A stretch of DNA of 64,000 bases. It comes from Squalus acanthias. Lineage: Eukaryota. The notes under the pieces are model-generated. The model saw nothing but the letters and a program-made list of their open reading frames with translations, was not told the DNA's origin and searched no databases. The translations under genes were made by a program, and so were the position numbers. Below are positions 11,641 to 24,188 of this stretch, one piece after another; positions within the stretch are counted from its first letter, which is position 1; every line of letters begins with the position of its first letter. The DNA lies in the NCBI GenBank assembly GCA_030390025.1, contig CM059431.1, positions 121,336,001 to 121,400,000 on the forward strand. The letters are read 5' to 3'.

Positions 11641-13006
11641 AATCTCTACAGGAGAACATTTCACTCCAATTTGACTTCATACTAGGTACAGAATAATTCT
11701 AGGCTGGTGCAAAGCTATGTTTTAAAGATGCCCAAGTCTTTTTAATATTATAAGAAAGCAATTCTCCCACCTGCACACATGGAGCTATTTTGCTACTGGC
11801 CTTCTTGCGACCTGGGGGGATGTGCAATGGACAATATGAAGCACATTTTTTTCTGTTGCTGTACTTGGGAATATTGGATCACCTGAGTACAGCACAGGGA
11901 GGAAAATCAGGCAGGAAGGATCACATGCCCATAAGACAGCCTGTCCAATTTCCTACTCTTTAAATGGATAGAAAATTGGGTGGGCTCCTTCACAGGAGTG
12001 TGATCATCCCATCCCAATTTTCCACTAAGTGCTACTCCCATGTGATCCAATATACCCGGGCACAGGAACAGCCAACTGCACACCAAACTCCACAGATACC
12101 AATGTGAGACCAGTAGTCACTTTGGGCTCACGTTGTATGTCCAATATCATAATAGTTTATTTGGTTCAGCAAACCAAAGAGCAGCTCTTGTGTTCCCAGC
12201 AGGGAACTCTGCCCGCAGGGAACACATTGTGGGCAGCACGGGATATTTCATCCATTAAATTTATTAAATGGAAAATCACGATTTCCCATTGGGTCCTCTC
12301 TGCAAGCACAGCTCTTCACTCGGGGCATGGAATTGGACCTCAAGTTCCATTACGTATCCCTTGTCAGTTGTTACTTGAATATTTTTAAACCTTCAGACCA
12401 GATTATGGGCAAACGTTTCTAATATTATCCAAATTCATTCTCTGTAAGTATTATTTGTACATAGCATGTTTACATTCTAGGTGTAAATTAGCATGTGTTC
12501 AGGAACTGAATATTCAATGCCTTGCTTTCTTTTGTAATACATTCAGAATCACGCATAATTTAAATATGTAATGTACCTCTGTATCAAAATTGGGCATTAT
12601 AAAATGTATTGTACAAACAGATGTGGAGCCAGGATGCTGAATGCTTCAGGTTTTTTTTCATAATTGTAAATGGCCATGAAAAAGGCAGCATTGTGATACT
12701 GGTAGTGAAAGATTCTCACAATTCTCCACAATAAAAGTCCTTTGCAATTAATTCTAGAATATACTGCAGGCTGATAAGAAATAAAAGCTAGTGATCAGCT
12801 CTAAACTGATTATAAAATCTGAATTTATTCAAATTCAACCAATTTATTTTAACTCAGAAAATATGAATTCAGGGCACTTTGGCTCATTTTGGATTTGGAC
12901 TGCTTCATATTTCTTTATTATATAAGATTTCCCAATGGTAGCTTATCTCCAGTCAAAAAAGGTGCTGAATGTGTATATAGTTGGATACATCTGATGTGTA
13001 TACATG

Positions 13007-15077
13007 GGCCTCGATTTTAACCCCCTCTCCTCCCACCCCCCAATGGGTGGGGGAGGTATTTAAAATATCAGGATCGGGCAACCCAACCCCGACCCAATCT
13101 CATTCCCGCCCCTTTAAATTTTAAAGTGCACAAATCAGGCCCTAGACGATGCTCCCACAAAAGGCAGGTGGGGGCCTAATTAACATACCAAAGTCGCGGC
13201 CTGTTGACATCATCAGCCCCACAAATTAGATTTAACAGTAAGTGAGGGAGAGTCCCATACTCTGGGATTCCCGGCAGCAGATTCGAGGCAGGAACTGCTG
13301 GCTTCCCGAGGTAAGTGACCCTGTGGGTCAGTAGGAGCAAGAGTGCTCCCCTTGAGCCCCTCAAGGAAACCTTAGGCTTCCCCCAGCCACAATGTTCATC
13401 CTCCCCACCTTCCCAGCCCTCCCAATCTCAAACCTCTCACCAGCCCTCCCGATCTCAAACCTCTCACCAGCCCTCCCGATCTCAAACCTCCAGCCAGCCC
13501 TCCCGATCTCAAACCTCCAGCCAGCCCTCCCGATCTCAAACCTCCAGCCAGCCCTCCCGATCTCAAACCTCCAGCCAGCCCTCCCGATCTCAAACCTCCA
13601 GCCAGCCCTCCCGATCTCAAACCTCCAGCCAGCCCTCCCAATCTCAAACCTCCAGCCAGCCCTCCCGATCTCAAACCTCCAGCCAGCCCTCCCGATCTCA
13701 AACCTCCAGCCAGCCCTCCCGATCTCAAACCTCTCACCAGCCCTCCCGATCTCAAACCTCCAGCCAGCCCTCCCGATCTCAAACCTCTCACCAGCCCTCC
13801 CAATCTCAAACCTCCAGCCAGCCCTCCCGATCTCAAACCTCCAGCCAGCCCTCCCAATCTCAAACCTCTCACCAGCCCTCCTGATATCAAACCTCTCACC
13901 AGCCCTCCTGATATCAAACCTCCAGCCAGCCCTCCCAATCTCAAACCTCCAGCCAGCCCTCCCGATCTCAAACCTCCAGCCAGCCCTCCTGATATCAAAC
14001 CTCCAGCCAGCCCTCCCAATCTCAAACCTCTCACCAGCCCTCCCGATCTCAAACCTCCAGCCAGCCCTCCCGATCTCAAACCTCCAGCCAGCCCTCCCGA
14101 TCTCAAACCTCCAGCCAGCCCTCCTGATATCAAACCTCTCACCAGCCCTCCTGATATCAAACCTCTCACCAGCCCTCCTGATATCAAACCTCCAGCCAGC
14201 CCTCCCAATCTCAAACCTCCAGCCAGCCCTCCCAATCTCAAACCTCCAGCCAGCCCTCCCGATCTCAAACCTCCAGCCAGCCCTCCTGATATCAAACCTC
14301 CAGCCAGCCCTCCCGATCTCAAACCTCCAGCCAGCCCTCCCAATCTCAAACCTCTCACCAGCCCTCCTGATATCAAACCTCCAGCCAGCCCTCCCAATCT
14401 CAAACCTCCTACTAGCCCTCCTGATATCAAACCTCCGACTAGCCCTCCCAATCTCAAACCTCCAGCCAGCCCTCCTGATCTCAAACCTCTCACCAGCCCT
14501 CCCGATCTCAAACCTCAGACTAGCCCTCCTGATATCAAACCTCTCACCAGCCCTCCCGATCTCAAACCTCCGACTAGCCCTCCTGATATCAAATCTCTCA
14601 CCAGCCCTCCCGATCTCAAACCTCCGACTAGCCCTCCTGATATCAAATCTCTCACCAGCCCTCCCGATCTCAAACCTCCGACTAGCCCTCCTGATATCAA
14701 ATCTCTCACCAGCCCTCCTGATCTCAAACCTCTCACCAGCCCTCCCGATCTCAAACCTCTCACCAGCCATCCCGATCTCAAACCTCCCGATCTCAAACCT
14801 CCCGTCAGCTCTCCTGATTACCGACGTTTCCTCAGCTCTCCCACCCGGAGCTGACGCTCACTTCCCAGTGCTGTGGACCATCCCCACGGGTCCCTGGCTG
14901 CAGCCTCCTGCTACTAATGTTTCCTCCCGCCCACCGGCCAGGCTGCCAATTTGGCCGGCTGCCGGGAGGGATATGCTAATGAGGCCCTACCATTACGATC
15001 GGCAGGGCATCCACGTCCTCGGCATTGCCTGGTTCTTTTGGCCTCACTCTTACTGGCTCCCTGTTAATATCGGGGCC
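13007..15077. mobile_element. Harbinger-type non-autonomous element containing a minisatellite
   Basis: TIRs GGCCTCGATTTTAAC / GTTAATATCGGGGCC; 3-bp TSD ATG. Confidence 0.8.
13412..14802. repeat. 27-bp minisatellite, about 51 copies
   Basis: Unit CCAGCCCTCCCGATCTCAAACCTCCAG and variants, seen directly in the sequence. Confidence 0.97.
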
Positions 15078-16436
15078 ATGGTATCGGAATAATGACAAGC
15101 CCATGTTTTCATGGTCCAAACATTTCTATGGAGGTTTGGCAATAATAAGTCTTTTTTTTTCCTTTTAAACAGCTACAAAATAAATTCTGATCAAGGGGAT
15201 TTTACATATTGAAAGAAATGAAGAAGACATTGGGTTGATTTTCTCTTTGACAAAATAGCCTGAGTGCTATTTTTGCTTGAACACTGTGATTTGTCAGTCC
15301 CTTTTGAAGTGCAGCTTGTGTTTATGCCAAGTTTTGCATTGCCAAAAAGTCTTAATAGCAATGCTGGAATGCATCAATGAATTCTTTATTTGGGGTGGGG
15401 GGGAATTGAGTTAACTGTGCTCCATGTGAAATTTACACCTCACTTGTTCAAAACAAATCACTAACATTTATATTCCAATGTAATACAAGATTTGATGCAA
15501 GCATAAATTGGAATAGGCAAAAGGAAAGCAAAAGAAAAGATACAACTGCGTTTCATTGTTGTTGTCTCTGCGTGGGATATTTGGAAGCAAAACTTATTTG
15601 TGTGTGTGGCGGAGAGAGGAAGGAGAGGATAGTTATGTTTCTGGACCAGAATTGCTAAGTGTGATATTGATAATTGACTTAATTTAGGAGTGTGTCAGTT
15701 CCTAGATTATCTGGTTCTTGTTTTTTAGTTTGAATTCTTATAAAAGCATAATTAGGCTGTCAAAGCATGTTCTGCTTGGATTAAGATTATTATTGCTGGG
15801 AATGTTAATATTATGAAAGTGAATGGAAATTGTACACTGAAATTCCCTAATTGATCTAGATAAGAGATCATTCTATTACAACCATGTGTGTGTGTCTGTC
15901 TCTGTGTGAATATCTTGTTGAAAGCACACATATGCCTTTTTCTAGGTCAGTGCTTTACATTTTTCAACACAAGCACCAACCTTGCTTTTTCCCATCTTCA
16001 AGAGTATACATGTAATGGAGAAAACCTTGGTGATCTTTTCCCCCGTGACTTGTTCAAATGTCTCAGCGCACTGACCATTCTCTCCACCACAGATCATTGC
16101 ATTCCAGTTGTTGTATTCTATCTGTGAGGAGCACTAGAGAAATGTGGATTGTTTTATGTCATACCCAAACGTTAATTTATGAAGGGCTCTTTACTGTTTT
16201 ACTTCAACTTAGAAAATATGAAGTTCCACCACATAGCCATGTAGCAGATGCTATTTTAGCAAGTTTTTTTTTCTAGTACTTTTTCAGGTGTTTGGCGGCT
16301 TTAACAGAATAAAATTGTGAACAGATGTCTTATGCAGTAGCACTGATTCAGAGGATGTATTGGTTGCTCTCTAGGGTGTTACACATCATCATTATGAAGA
16401 TATATGTGAGGAATGCAACTGATCACAGCTCTCTTT

Positions 16437-17665
16437 CATAAGAACATAAGAACATAAGAAATAGGAGCAGGAGTAGGCCATATGGTCCTTTGAGCCTGCT
16501 CTGCCATTCAATGAGATCATGGCTGATCTTCGATTTCAACTCCACTTTCCCGCCCGATCCCCATATCCCTTGATTCCCCTAGGGGGAAAAATTGAGTTGC
16601 TTTGCGCCTCCCGTTAGCGCTAATGGGGCGCAAAGCACCTAGTACCCAGGCACGGTGCCGCTAACGCCTCCCGCGAAATTCAGCGGGAGGTTAAAGGCGG
16701 CGGTTGCCGGTAGCACCCCGTGGCGCTGCGCCTCTGGCGATGATGTCATCGCCGTGCACAGCACTCCGCTTGCGCCCCAGCTGCAAACTTCGCTCGCGCC
16801 CCCTGACCTATGTGCCGGACGCTATGTCCGACAGGGCTAGGGTGCCGTGTTTGCGGCTGCGGCGGCGCAAATTAAAGGGCAGGTGCCGGGCGGCCAATTT
16901 TTTGGGGGCCATCTGTCAGCACCTGCCCCCTTTCGCCTCCTCATGCGGGGTGCCGGCCGCGATCGATCAACCCGGCATTCCTCGAGTGCCGGGCTCTTTC
17001 GCCAGGCACCCCGCTCTCCGGTGGTCCAGCAGGGCCCTGGTGCGCACTGCACTAGGCCCCTCCCCTTTAATCAGGGGAGGGAGGCCTGTAATACCGCGGC
17101 GCTACGTGCTAATGTGCGTGGTGCTGTTGCACGTAGTGCTGCGATATTGAATGTTAGCGCCCTAAGAGGGAGGGGGAACGCTTCCAGTAGTGCCCCGCCT
17201 CCTGCTTGGGATGCTTCCACTCAATTTACGACACGGGGGCGCTAACTTTTTTCGGGGCGCTAAAAGTAGCGTCCTGGCGAAGTTAGCGCCCCAATGGGGA
17301 CGTGAACTTATTTTTCCCCCTAGAGTCCAAAAATCTATCGATCTCAGCCTTAAATATACTCAACGACAGAGAATCCACAGCCCTTTGAGGTAGAGAATTC
17401 CAAAGATTCACAACCCTCTGATTGAAGAAATTTCTCCTCATCTCAGTCCTAAATGGCCAACCCCTTATCCTGAGACTATACTCCCTAGTTTTAGACTCTT
17501 CAGCCAGGGGGAACAGCCTCTCAGCATCTACCCTGTCAATCCCCCTCAGAATCTTATATGTTTTAACGATATCACCTCTCATTCTTCTAGGCTCTAGAAA
17601 GTATAGGCCCAATCTACTCAATCTTTCCTCATAGAACAACTGTCTCATCCCAGGAATCAATCTAG
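16437..17665 (-). mobile_element. CR1/HER1 LINE 3' end split by a MITE
   Basis: ATAAGAAC tail repeats; ORF 17283-17747 YEERLSRLGLY...RRNFFNQRVVNLWNSLP. Confidence 0.88.
16582..17320 (-). mobile_element. Harbinger MITE of the same family as 59479-63664
   Basis: Ends GGGGGAAAAATT / TATTTTTCCCCC; the left end matches the reverse complement of 63580-63664; duplicated (C)TA(G) target inside CR1. Confidence 0.88.
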
Positions 17666-18711
17666 TTGTCATCATCACCCTCACTGCAACGCCCTTGTTA
17701 GATAACGGTGTCTGAACCATCAGTATATGAGATCCTCTATATATCACTGACTATTACACAGTAGTATCAATTAAAGATTAACTAGATCCTTTACTGCAGC
17801 ACTTTTTGATTACGACAGTTGATGACAACTTCCAGATACTACTATTGTAACACAAACAATCATTTTTTGTACTGTGACAGTTAATAGTGTCAATGCAACA
17901 TGAAGATCCCATGTGACACAAAACTGTATTGTGGTACAGGAATCCTTTGACAAGATGTGGACTAAGTAATCTAAAAATACTCTAGTGACCTGTCACAGCA
18001 AAGTCTCCTCTCACTGCTTGATTATTATGCATAAAAATATAAAGTTACAGAAAGGGTTTTAAAATTATGATTCTTTTTGTTTTCTTTTTGAAAACAAGTG
18101 TTTTAAAAATTATGCCTAAACTAGCAGAGACACAAACATTTGGAAAAGAGAAATAAATATAGTTTTCCTCAAGTAGAAACTGTGCCCAACCTCGGCCAGT
18201 GATAGCGGGTTAAAATAGCAAGGAACACAAGCTACAAATTAGGGGTTTGGAATAAAAAAGGATGTTTGGTGGAAATGTTTCAAAAAGTTACAGAATAAGG
18301 TAACAGAGAAGGCCATTGAAGTGCATTGCATTTTTGGGGAAGGAAGGATTTGAAGGATTTGGTGAAAAGGTGAGCAGGGGGGGCTGATCTTTGAAGAAGC
18401 AGCAAGGTTTGTTGGATATGATAGTCTTTTCCTGTTTCTAAAAGCTCTTTTTATGTTCTGACTGTCTACTTACACCTGTTTACTGGCGTGTGTTGCAATA
18501 TGTGAAACAAACTCTCCTTGCATTATTCTAAATAAATATATTGGGCATAGGTGTAGGCTCAATATTTTACTGGAATAAATAAATTCTCTTTTGTAACTAC
18601 AATAAGTCAAGAGATCCTTTATTTGAGTATGTTACAGTTAGCTGAAAACACAGGATAAAATTAGACATGGACATTCCAGAAACTATAACAGTAATATTGA
18701 GTAAAAGAAAG

Positions 18712-19160
18712 AAGAAATAACTTGCATTTATTTAGCAGCTTTCACAATCTCGGGACATCCCAAAGAAACTCACAGCAAATGAAGTATTTTTGGAATGTAG
18801 CCACTGTTGAATGTAGGGAAATGCGACAGCCAATTTGCACACAGCAAAGACCCATGAACAGGAATCAGATAAAGAGGTTTTTTTTGCGATGTCAGTTGAT
18901 GGATAAATATTGGCTATGGTCAGGAAAATTCCTCTGCTCTTCTTCGCATAGTGCTATGAGATCTTCTATGACTGCCTGAGAGAGCAGACAGGGCTTCAGT
19001 TTAACGTCTCATCCAAAAGACAGCACGTCTGACAGTACAGTGTTCCCTCAAAACTGCACTAGATGTCAGCCTAGATTATGTGCACAAATTCGGGAGTGAG
19101 GCTTAAACCCATGACCTTCTGACTCAGAGGCAAAAGTGCTGCCACTCAGCCAAAGCTGAT
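18712..19160 (-). mobile_element. Deu-domain SINE
   Basis: Reverse complement of the family at 27390-27783, including the tRNA-like head. Confidence 0.75.
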
Positions 19161-20705
19161 AACCAACCTGTTGAAGACTTCAAATCAACATATGAAAGAT
19201 CGATTTGAAAAACTGATTCAGAGGAAGAAAGAGGACACTGGAGACAGAAATTAGAAAAAACAAATCTCTTGCCTTCAAGGATTAGTGATAAAATAAATTG
19301 TATTGGTACTTCAAGCCAATATACATATCATTGTAATTACAAGTGGTACATTTATATGCTATCTAATATTTGCAATGCCACAATAGTTTTAATTACTACT
19401 GAACAATAATAAAACAGCAATTAAAAACATACTTTATCAACATTTTACAATGATTTGTGTTGTTAAAATGTCACTTTATTCATTGACAGACCCAAACATT
19501 ACTGGCTGCAAAACTTTGGGAGGACCTGTCACTTGAAGTATCCTCCATGGAGTGGTACTGTGCACTGGGAGCCACCTATGCCAAAAGAGAATTAAATACT
19601 TAACTGGGATCGTCTGTGGAAAGACCTTCAGCGAATCAGTGAAACTCTGAATGGCAACCTCCTAGAGCTGTGTGGAGGAACATTGATGATTGTACCTGAG
19701 TGTAATAGCACATTGATTCAGCAGTCATACAGTGTTGAATCTAACTGCCTCATTTGTGCAGGGTGACTGTTACTGTGCATTTGCAAATTGGCATGAACAT
19801 GGTTTGTGGCCTGTTGCAGGTTCTGAAGTGGTGGTCAGAGTGACAAACAGCCAGCAGCTATTTTGTCTGGTTGGTATGCCCCCTGGTCTGTTCTTGCAGA
19901 CCCTTTACACTCCAGAGAAAGCCCTGTGGATGAACCAGTGAAATGTGAAGTGTCTCTCTGCCACCCAGCTGCACAATTTAGACTCTGGTCTCTGGGTTCT
20001 CTTTGCCTGATTATTTGACATCTCTAGTGCTTTGTTATTGATGGCCAAGATAACAATTGCCTTAGGGTTGGATTTAGCAGACCTGGATGAATGCAGATGA
20101 TCTGTGGAAACAAGAAAGAGATGGTCCTCTTAATCTCTTTAGGCTAGATATATTTTAGAAATATCGGTGGACAATAATAGGGAAAATAATTTAAGCAGTG
20201 TAGGATAGGAACATAAACACAAGTCTATCAAGTAAAGTAAGGTTAAAAGTAGATTAACAAAGAACCTATGAAAGGTGCTTGTAAAATACTTCTTTATGGG
20301 ACAACTGCAGGGCAAAAAATGTCTCACTTACCGGCTAGTGTTAATTTTGAGGCAGTGTTATCTCTCTCATCAGAAGCTTTGTTTGAAAGTTGGTGTGAGC
20401 ACCTAAATAAGTCTAATTTTTTGAGCTCCTTCACTTCTGTGTTTTGATTTGCACCATTGTTTATTGTAAGCAACTTTCATTTTTTCTACCCATTCTAGGT
20501 CACTGATATGCAATCCTGTGCACTTTGTGGAATTGTAGAAGCTTTGTTGACTTCATGTTCAATCTTGTCCAAGACTTCTTAAGCCCTTCTGCAGCTGGGA
20601 AAATAAAGGCAGCTTCATGTTTAAGAAATTGCTTGATCAGAACAAACTGTTCAGCTGCAGAAAATCTTGTTATATTTGATCATTGACTTTGCACTCTGTA
20701 TCTGC

Positions 20706-21547
20706 GGGCGCGATTTTGCCAGCCCTGGGAGGCGGGTTTGGAGGCGGGACTGCCGGGAAAATGGAAGAATTTGGGGGTGGGTGCAAATCCGCCCCCAACC
20801 CGCCTTCATGCCATCTTGCCAGGAGGCGGGTAGCCGTCCCGCGCCGGGTCCCGTCTCCTTGGAGGCGGGAAGGTATTAAAGCCAATTAACTGCCTGTTAA
20901 CAGGTAGTTAACAGGCAGAAAATAGGCTTATCGCCATTTTGCCCACACAAGTGCGGGCTTCCCGAAGGCTCCGAACCCCGCCAGGGTCACCGAGGCGAGT
21001 AGTGGGTCTGCGGGGGTCGGAGGGGTGCAAAAGTGTGCTGTGGAGGTGAGTGATGGGTGCAAGTGTGGAGAGGTGAGTAACTGAGGTTAGTGAAAAGTGT
21101 TAGAAAAAGTGTACTTACCTTTGTTTCTTCCTGCAGGCTTCAGTCGGTGGGTATGCGGAGAGTCTCGCACCTCCGCGGTGGAGATGACGGATGGCCGTTG
21201 CATTCTCCAATGCAACAAGCATCTCATTTCTGCAAAAGAAAGGTTTGATGAGGTCTTGAATTCAAGACCCAGTCAAACTACAGAGAATGTCACTGTTTGA
21301 CAGCTTCACAGAGCTGTCAAACGATGACAATTCATCTGTCAAAAATTTTTGACAGATGAAACGTCGTACGTTGACGTTCTCTGCAACCGACTTTCCCTTA
21401 ATTGGCCTGCTAAGCCTGCTGGGCGGTCTTAACAAGGTCAATCAAGGGAAAATAGCGTGGGTTGGCCAGAAGTTGATGGAGGCGAGACTGAAACCCGACC
21501 AGTGGGTGTCCCACCTCCAAAAGCTCCCCATTCGCAAAATCACCTCC
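20706..21547. mobile_element. Harbinger-type MITE
   Basis: TIRs GGGCGCGATTTTGC / GCAAAATCACCTCC; TSD TGC. Confidence 0.78.
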
Positions 21548-23417
21548 TGCCATTTAATGCCATTAGCATACATCACATTTATTAGCACATATCAAATATC
21601 TCCTTGCCACCAGTTGATATGGTAAATTTGAATAATTTTAAATAATATCTCATTGGATGTCTTAACTTACTGCCAGTGGTAGGTTAAGATGCTGCAAGTA
21701 GAAGTGTTCTTGGCTATGTGGTAGTTAAACACACTAACCACCTGTGCAACTGTATATAAAGTATCTCAACACCCAACAGTTCAAATAAAACCTCCCCCAA
21801 ATTAGTGTGATGTGACTACATGTTTAATTCTATCACCATAAACAATTGTTTCGTTGCTCAGTAGAGTGCCTATTTACACCATAAAAACAGGAACACTATT
21901 ACATACATCAGTTAACAATGAGCATAGTATTATGAATTTAAAAAGCCACGTCAGATCCAGAGGATCTTTTTTCTTCCACTTCACAGACATTCTTTCATTC
22001 GTGTGTAAAGCCATGAATACTGATGTTAACATGCATCATTCCAGATTTATGTCTTTCTCATCCATAAAAGACCATCTGGAATTTATACTAATCTGTAGCA
22101 TATCTGCTCTGCAGAGCATTAAATAAAACAAATAGTGTTAACAAAGAAAGGTGAATTTCTTGGACAACTTAGTTTGAGTACAGGAATGCTACAAACTGCA
22201 TTTTGTGCCAATTAGAATTTTTTTTCAGATTTATAAAGCAAAATAACTATATTTGGAGAAGGAAACTGATGGGAACAAAATACTCTTCCAACTTTCAAAA
22301 GGAAGCAATACCCTTTGGAGGGTATGAAAATTCACAGTTTTGCTTCTCTACTGAAATACCATGAATTTACCCCTCCAATATCATATTGAGTGGCATAATC
22401 CTTCAGTGGTAATTCCCCTCTATCTGTCATACTGGTGTAATCCATATATTACAAATAGTCATAATACCCTCACCATCCAGCAGCACAACACACTTGTCCC
22501 AGACAATCAATAGTATATCACATTTAAAATGATTAAAAATATATGCATACATAAAGAGTATGAAAAGGAACAGGCACTTGGGTTGGAGATAAGCCTGTAA
22601 CACAATTCTTCACACCAAATGATGCTTATTAACCATTTGAGTTTTGTTTTTGTGTCTTATACTACTATCTGAATCCTTCAATTCAGTAATAACATTTGTA
22701 ACCTTATTCAGGTATGTGCACTTGGCATGTATTAAAATAAATCATAAGTATTTATCTTTAGGTCATTACAGAAACAATCTCAATGCAGCAATTGGCTATC
22801 ACTGCACTGTTATGCCACTAATAGACAGATTGAACACATTTCCACATAAAGATTATGCCCATTAAATGTAGTGACGTGTTCCAAATTAAATTTGAAAATC
22901 CTTTAGCTACGTAGAAATTATTACACTATGAATACTTCAGCCTACAGTTCCTTTATTCACTATTTTAACAGTGGTGTTAGCCTGCTGAAAACAAACGTAT
23001 TAAGCATTCGTATGCTAAAATGTGCACAATGTCATTTCAAAGCATTAGACTCTTAAAAAGCTTTTAAATGTGAGTTTATCCAGTGAGGAGCTGAATTCTG
23101 GAAACCAAGAGGATCCCAGGTTCGATCCTGGTCTTGTGCTAAGTTTGTTGATCTCACCCAGGACAGTGCTAGAGGTGATACAAATAGTCTCAGTGTCCTC
23201 AGAGATGGAGGGTAAAACTGGCCAGCGTTCCTGCTCTGATTGCTATCCCTGCTGCAAGTGCACACTTGTGGATGAAAAGTCACAAGGGATGCATTCCAAA
23301 ATTACTAATATGAATAAGGCTCCATAGCAGGAGTGCAAATGCATAGAATTACTCATAAGAAATAGTTCACTTCAGTTACTCAAAATTTAAAGGTCTCATT
23401 GTCTACTACAAAATAAT

Positions 23418-24188
23418 GACCGAGATTTTGCATCGATAATAATGGTGAGGCTAACAGCGCTCACCGTTATTATGGAATAAATCGGACAGCAACTTCTAGT
23501 GTCCTCATATGTGTAGTTAAACACAGAAATACGGAAGTTGCTGTCAGAGATACCCCGCTCCTCCACAGGGTGCGTTGTAACAGTACCTCGCTGATAGAGC
23601 CAGCACTGAAATCCATGCAATAGCATGATGTTGCGGTACTTTCCCACTATTTCCCCACTAAAGGCACCAGAAAAAGTTATGGCTGGTGCATTCAAGAGTA
23701 AATTAATTTTTAATGGCATGATAAGTGATAATTACTGCCAAACAACATCTGTGGCCCAGAGAATTTAATTTTACAAGTGTGGAGTCTCATTCCTTCAGAA
23801 TTTAATAAGTGTTGGAGATTTTTTTTAATTGTTTTTATCTACTTTTCCTGTATGTCTCTTATTTCTCTCTCAATATTATCTGTCTTTCCCAATCTTTATT
23901 TCACTTTCTGTACATGATTTAAATCTAATTTATATTTCCTGCTTTATACTTCCTGGTTTAAATTCTGCATGTCTCAGTGAGGGTTCTTCAATCTGATTGG
24001 CTGAAGAGCCTTGCTGTTGCTTTCCATGCTCACAGATGCCAAAGATCCCCTGTAGAGGGTGCAACACTGGATCAGATGCCGGATTAGAGTAAGTCTCCAC
24101 TCAAAACCCCATGAAAGCTTTGTGGGCGGCTGTCAGTGAGGTGAATGGCGAGCACCGTTCCTTCGTCGCTGACCGCAAAATCTGGGCC
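23418..24188. mobile_element. Harbinger-type MITE
   Basis: TIRs GACCGAGATTTTGC / GCAAAATCTGGGCC; flanks AAT/GAT. Confidence 0.7.

Noticed and set aside
13412..14802. CRISPR-like array
   Set aside because: Head-to-tail repeats with no unique spacers and no cas genes, in a vertebrate context.
13361..15092. Long ORFs of 566, 469 and 371 aa
   Set aside because: They are translations of a 27-bp stop-poor minisatellite inside a MITE, with no domain or splice support.
16582..17320. CpG island or promoter
   Set aside because: The GC/CpG richness is confined to a young MITE; the same holds for 39203-39962 and the ends of 59479-63664.
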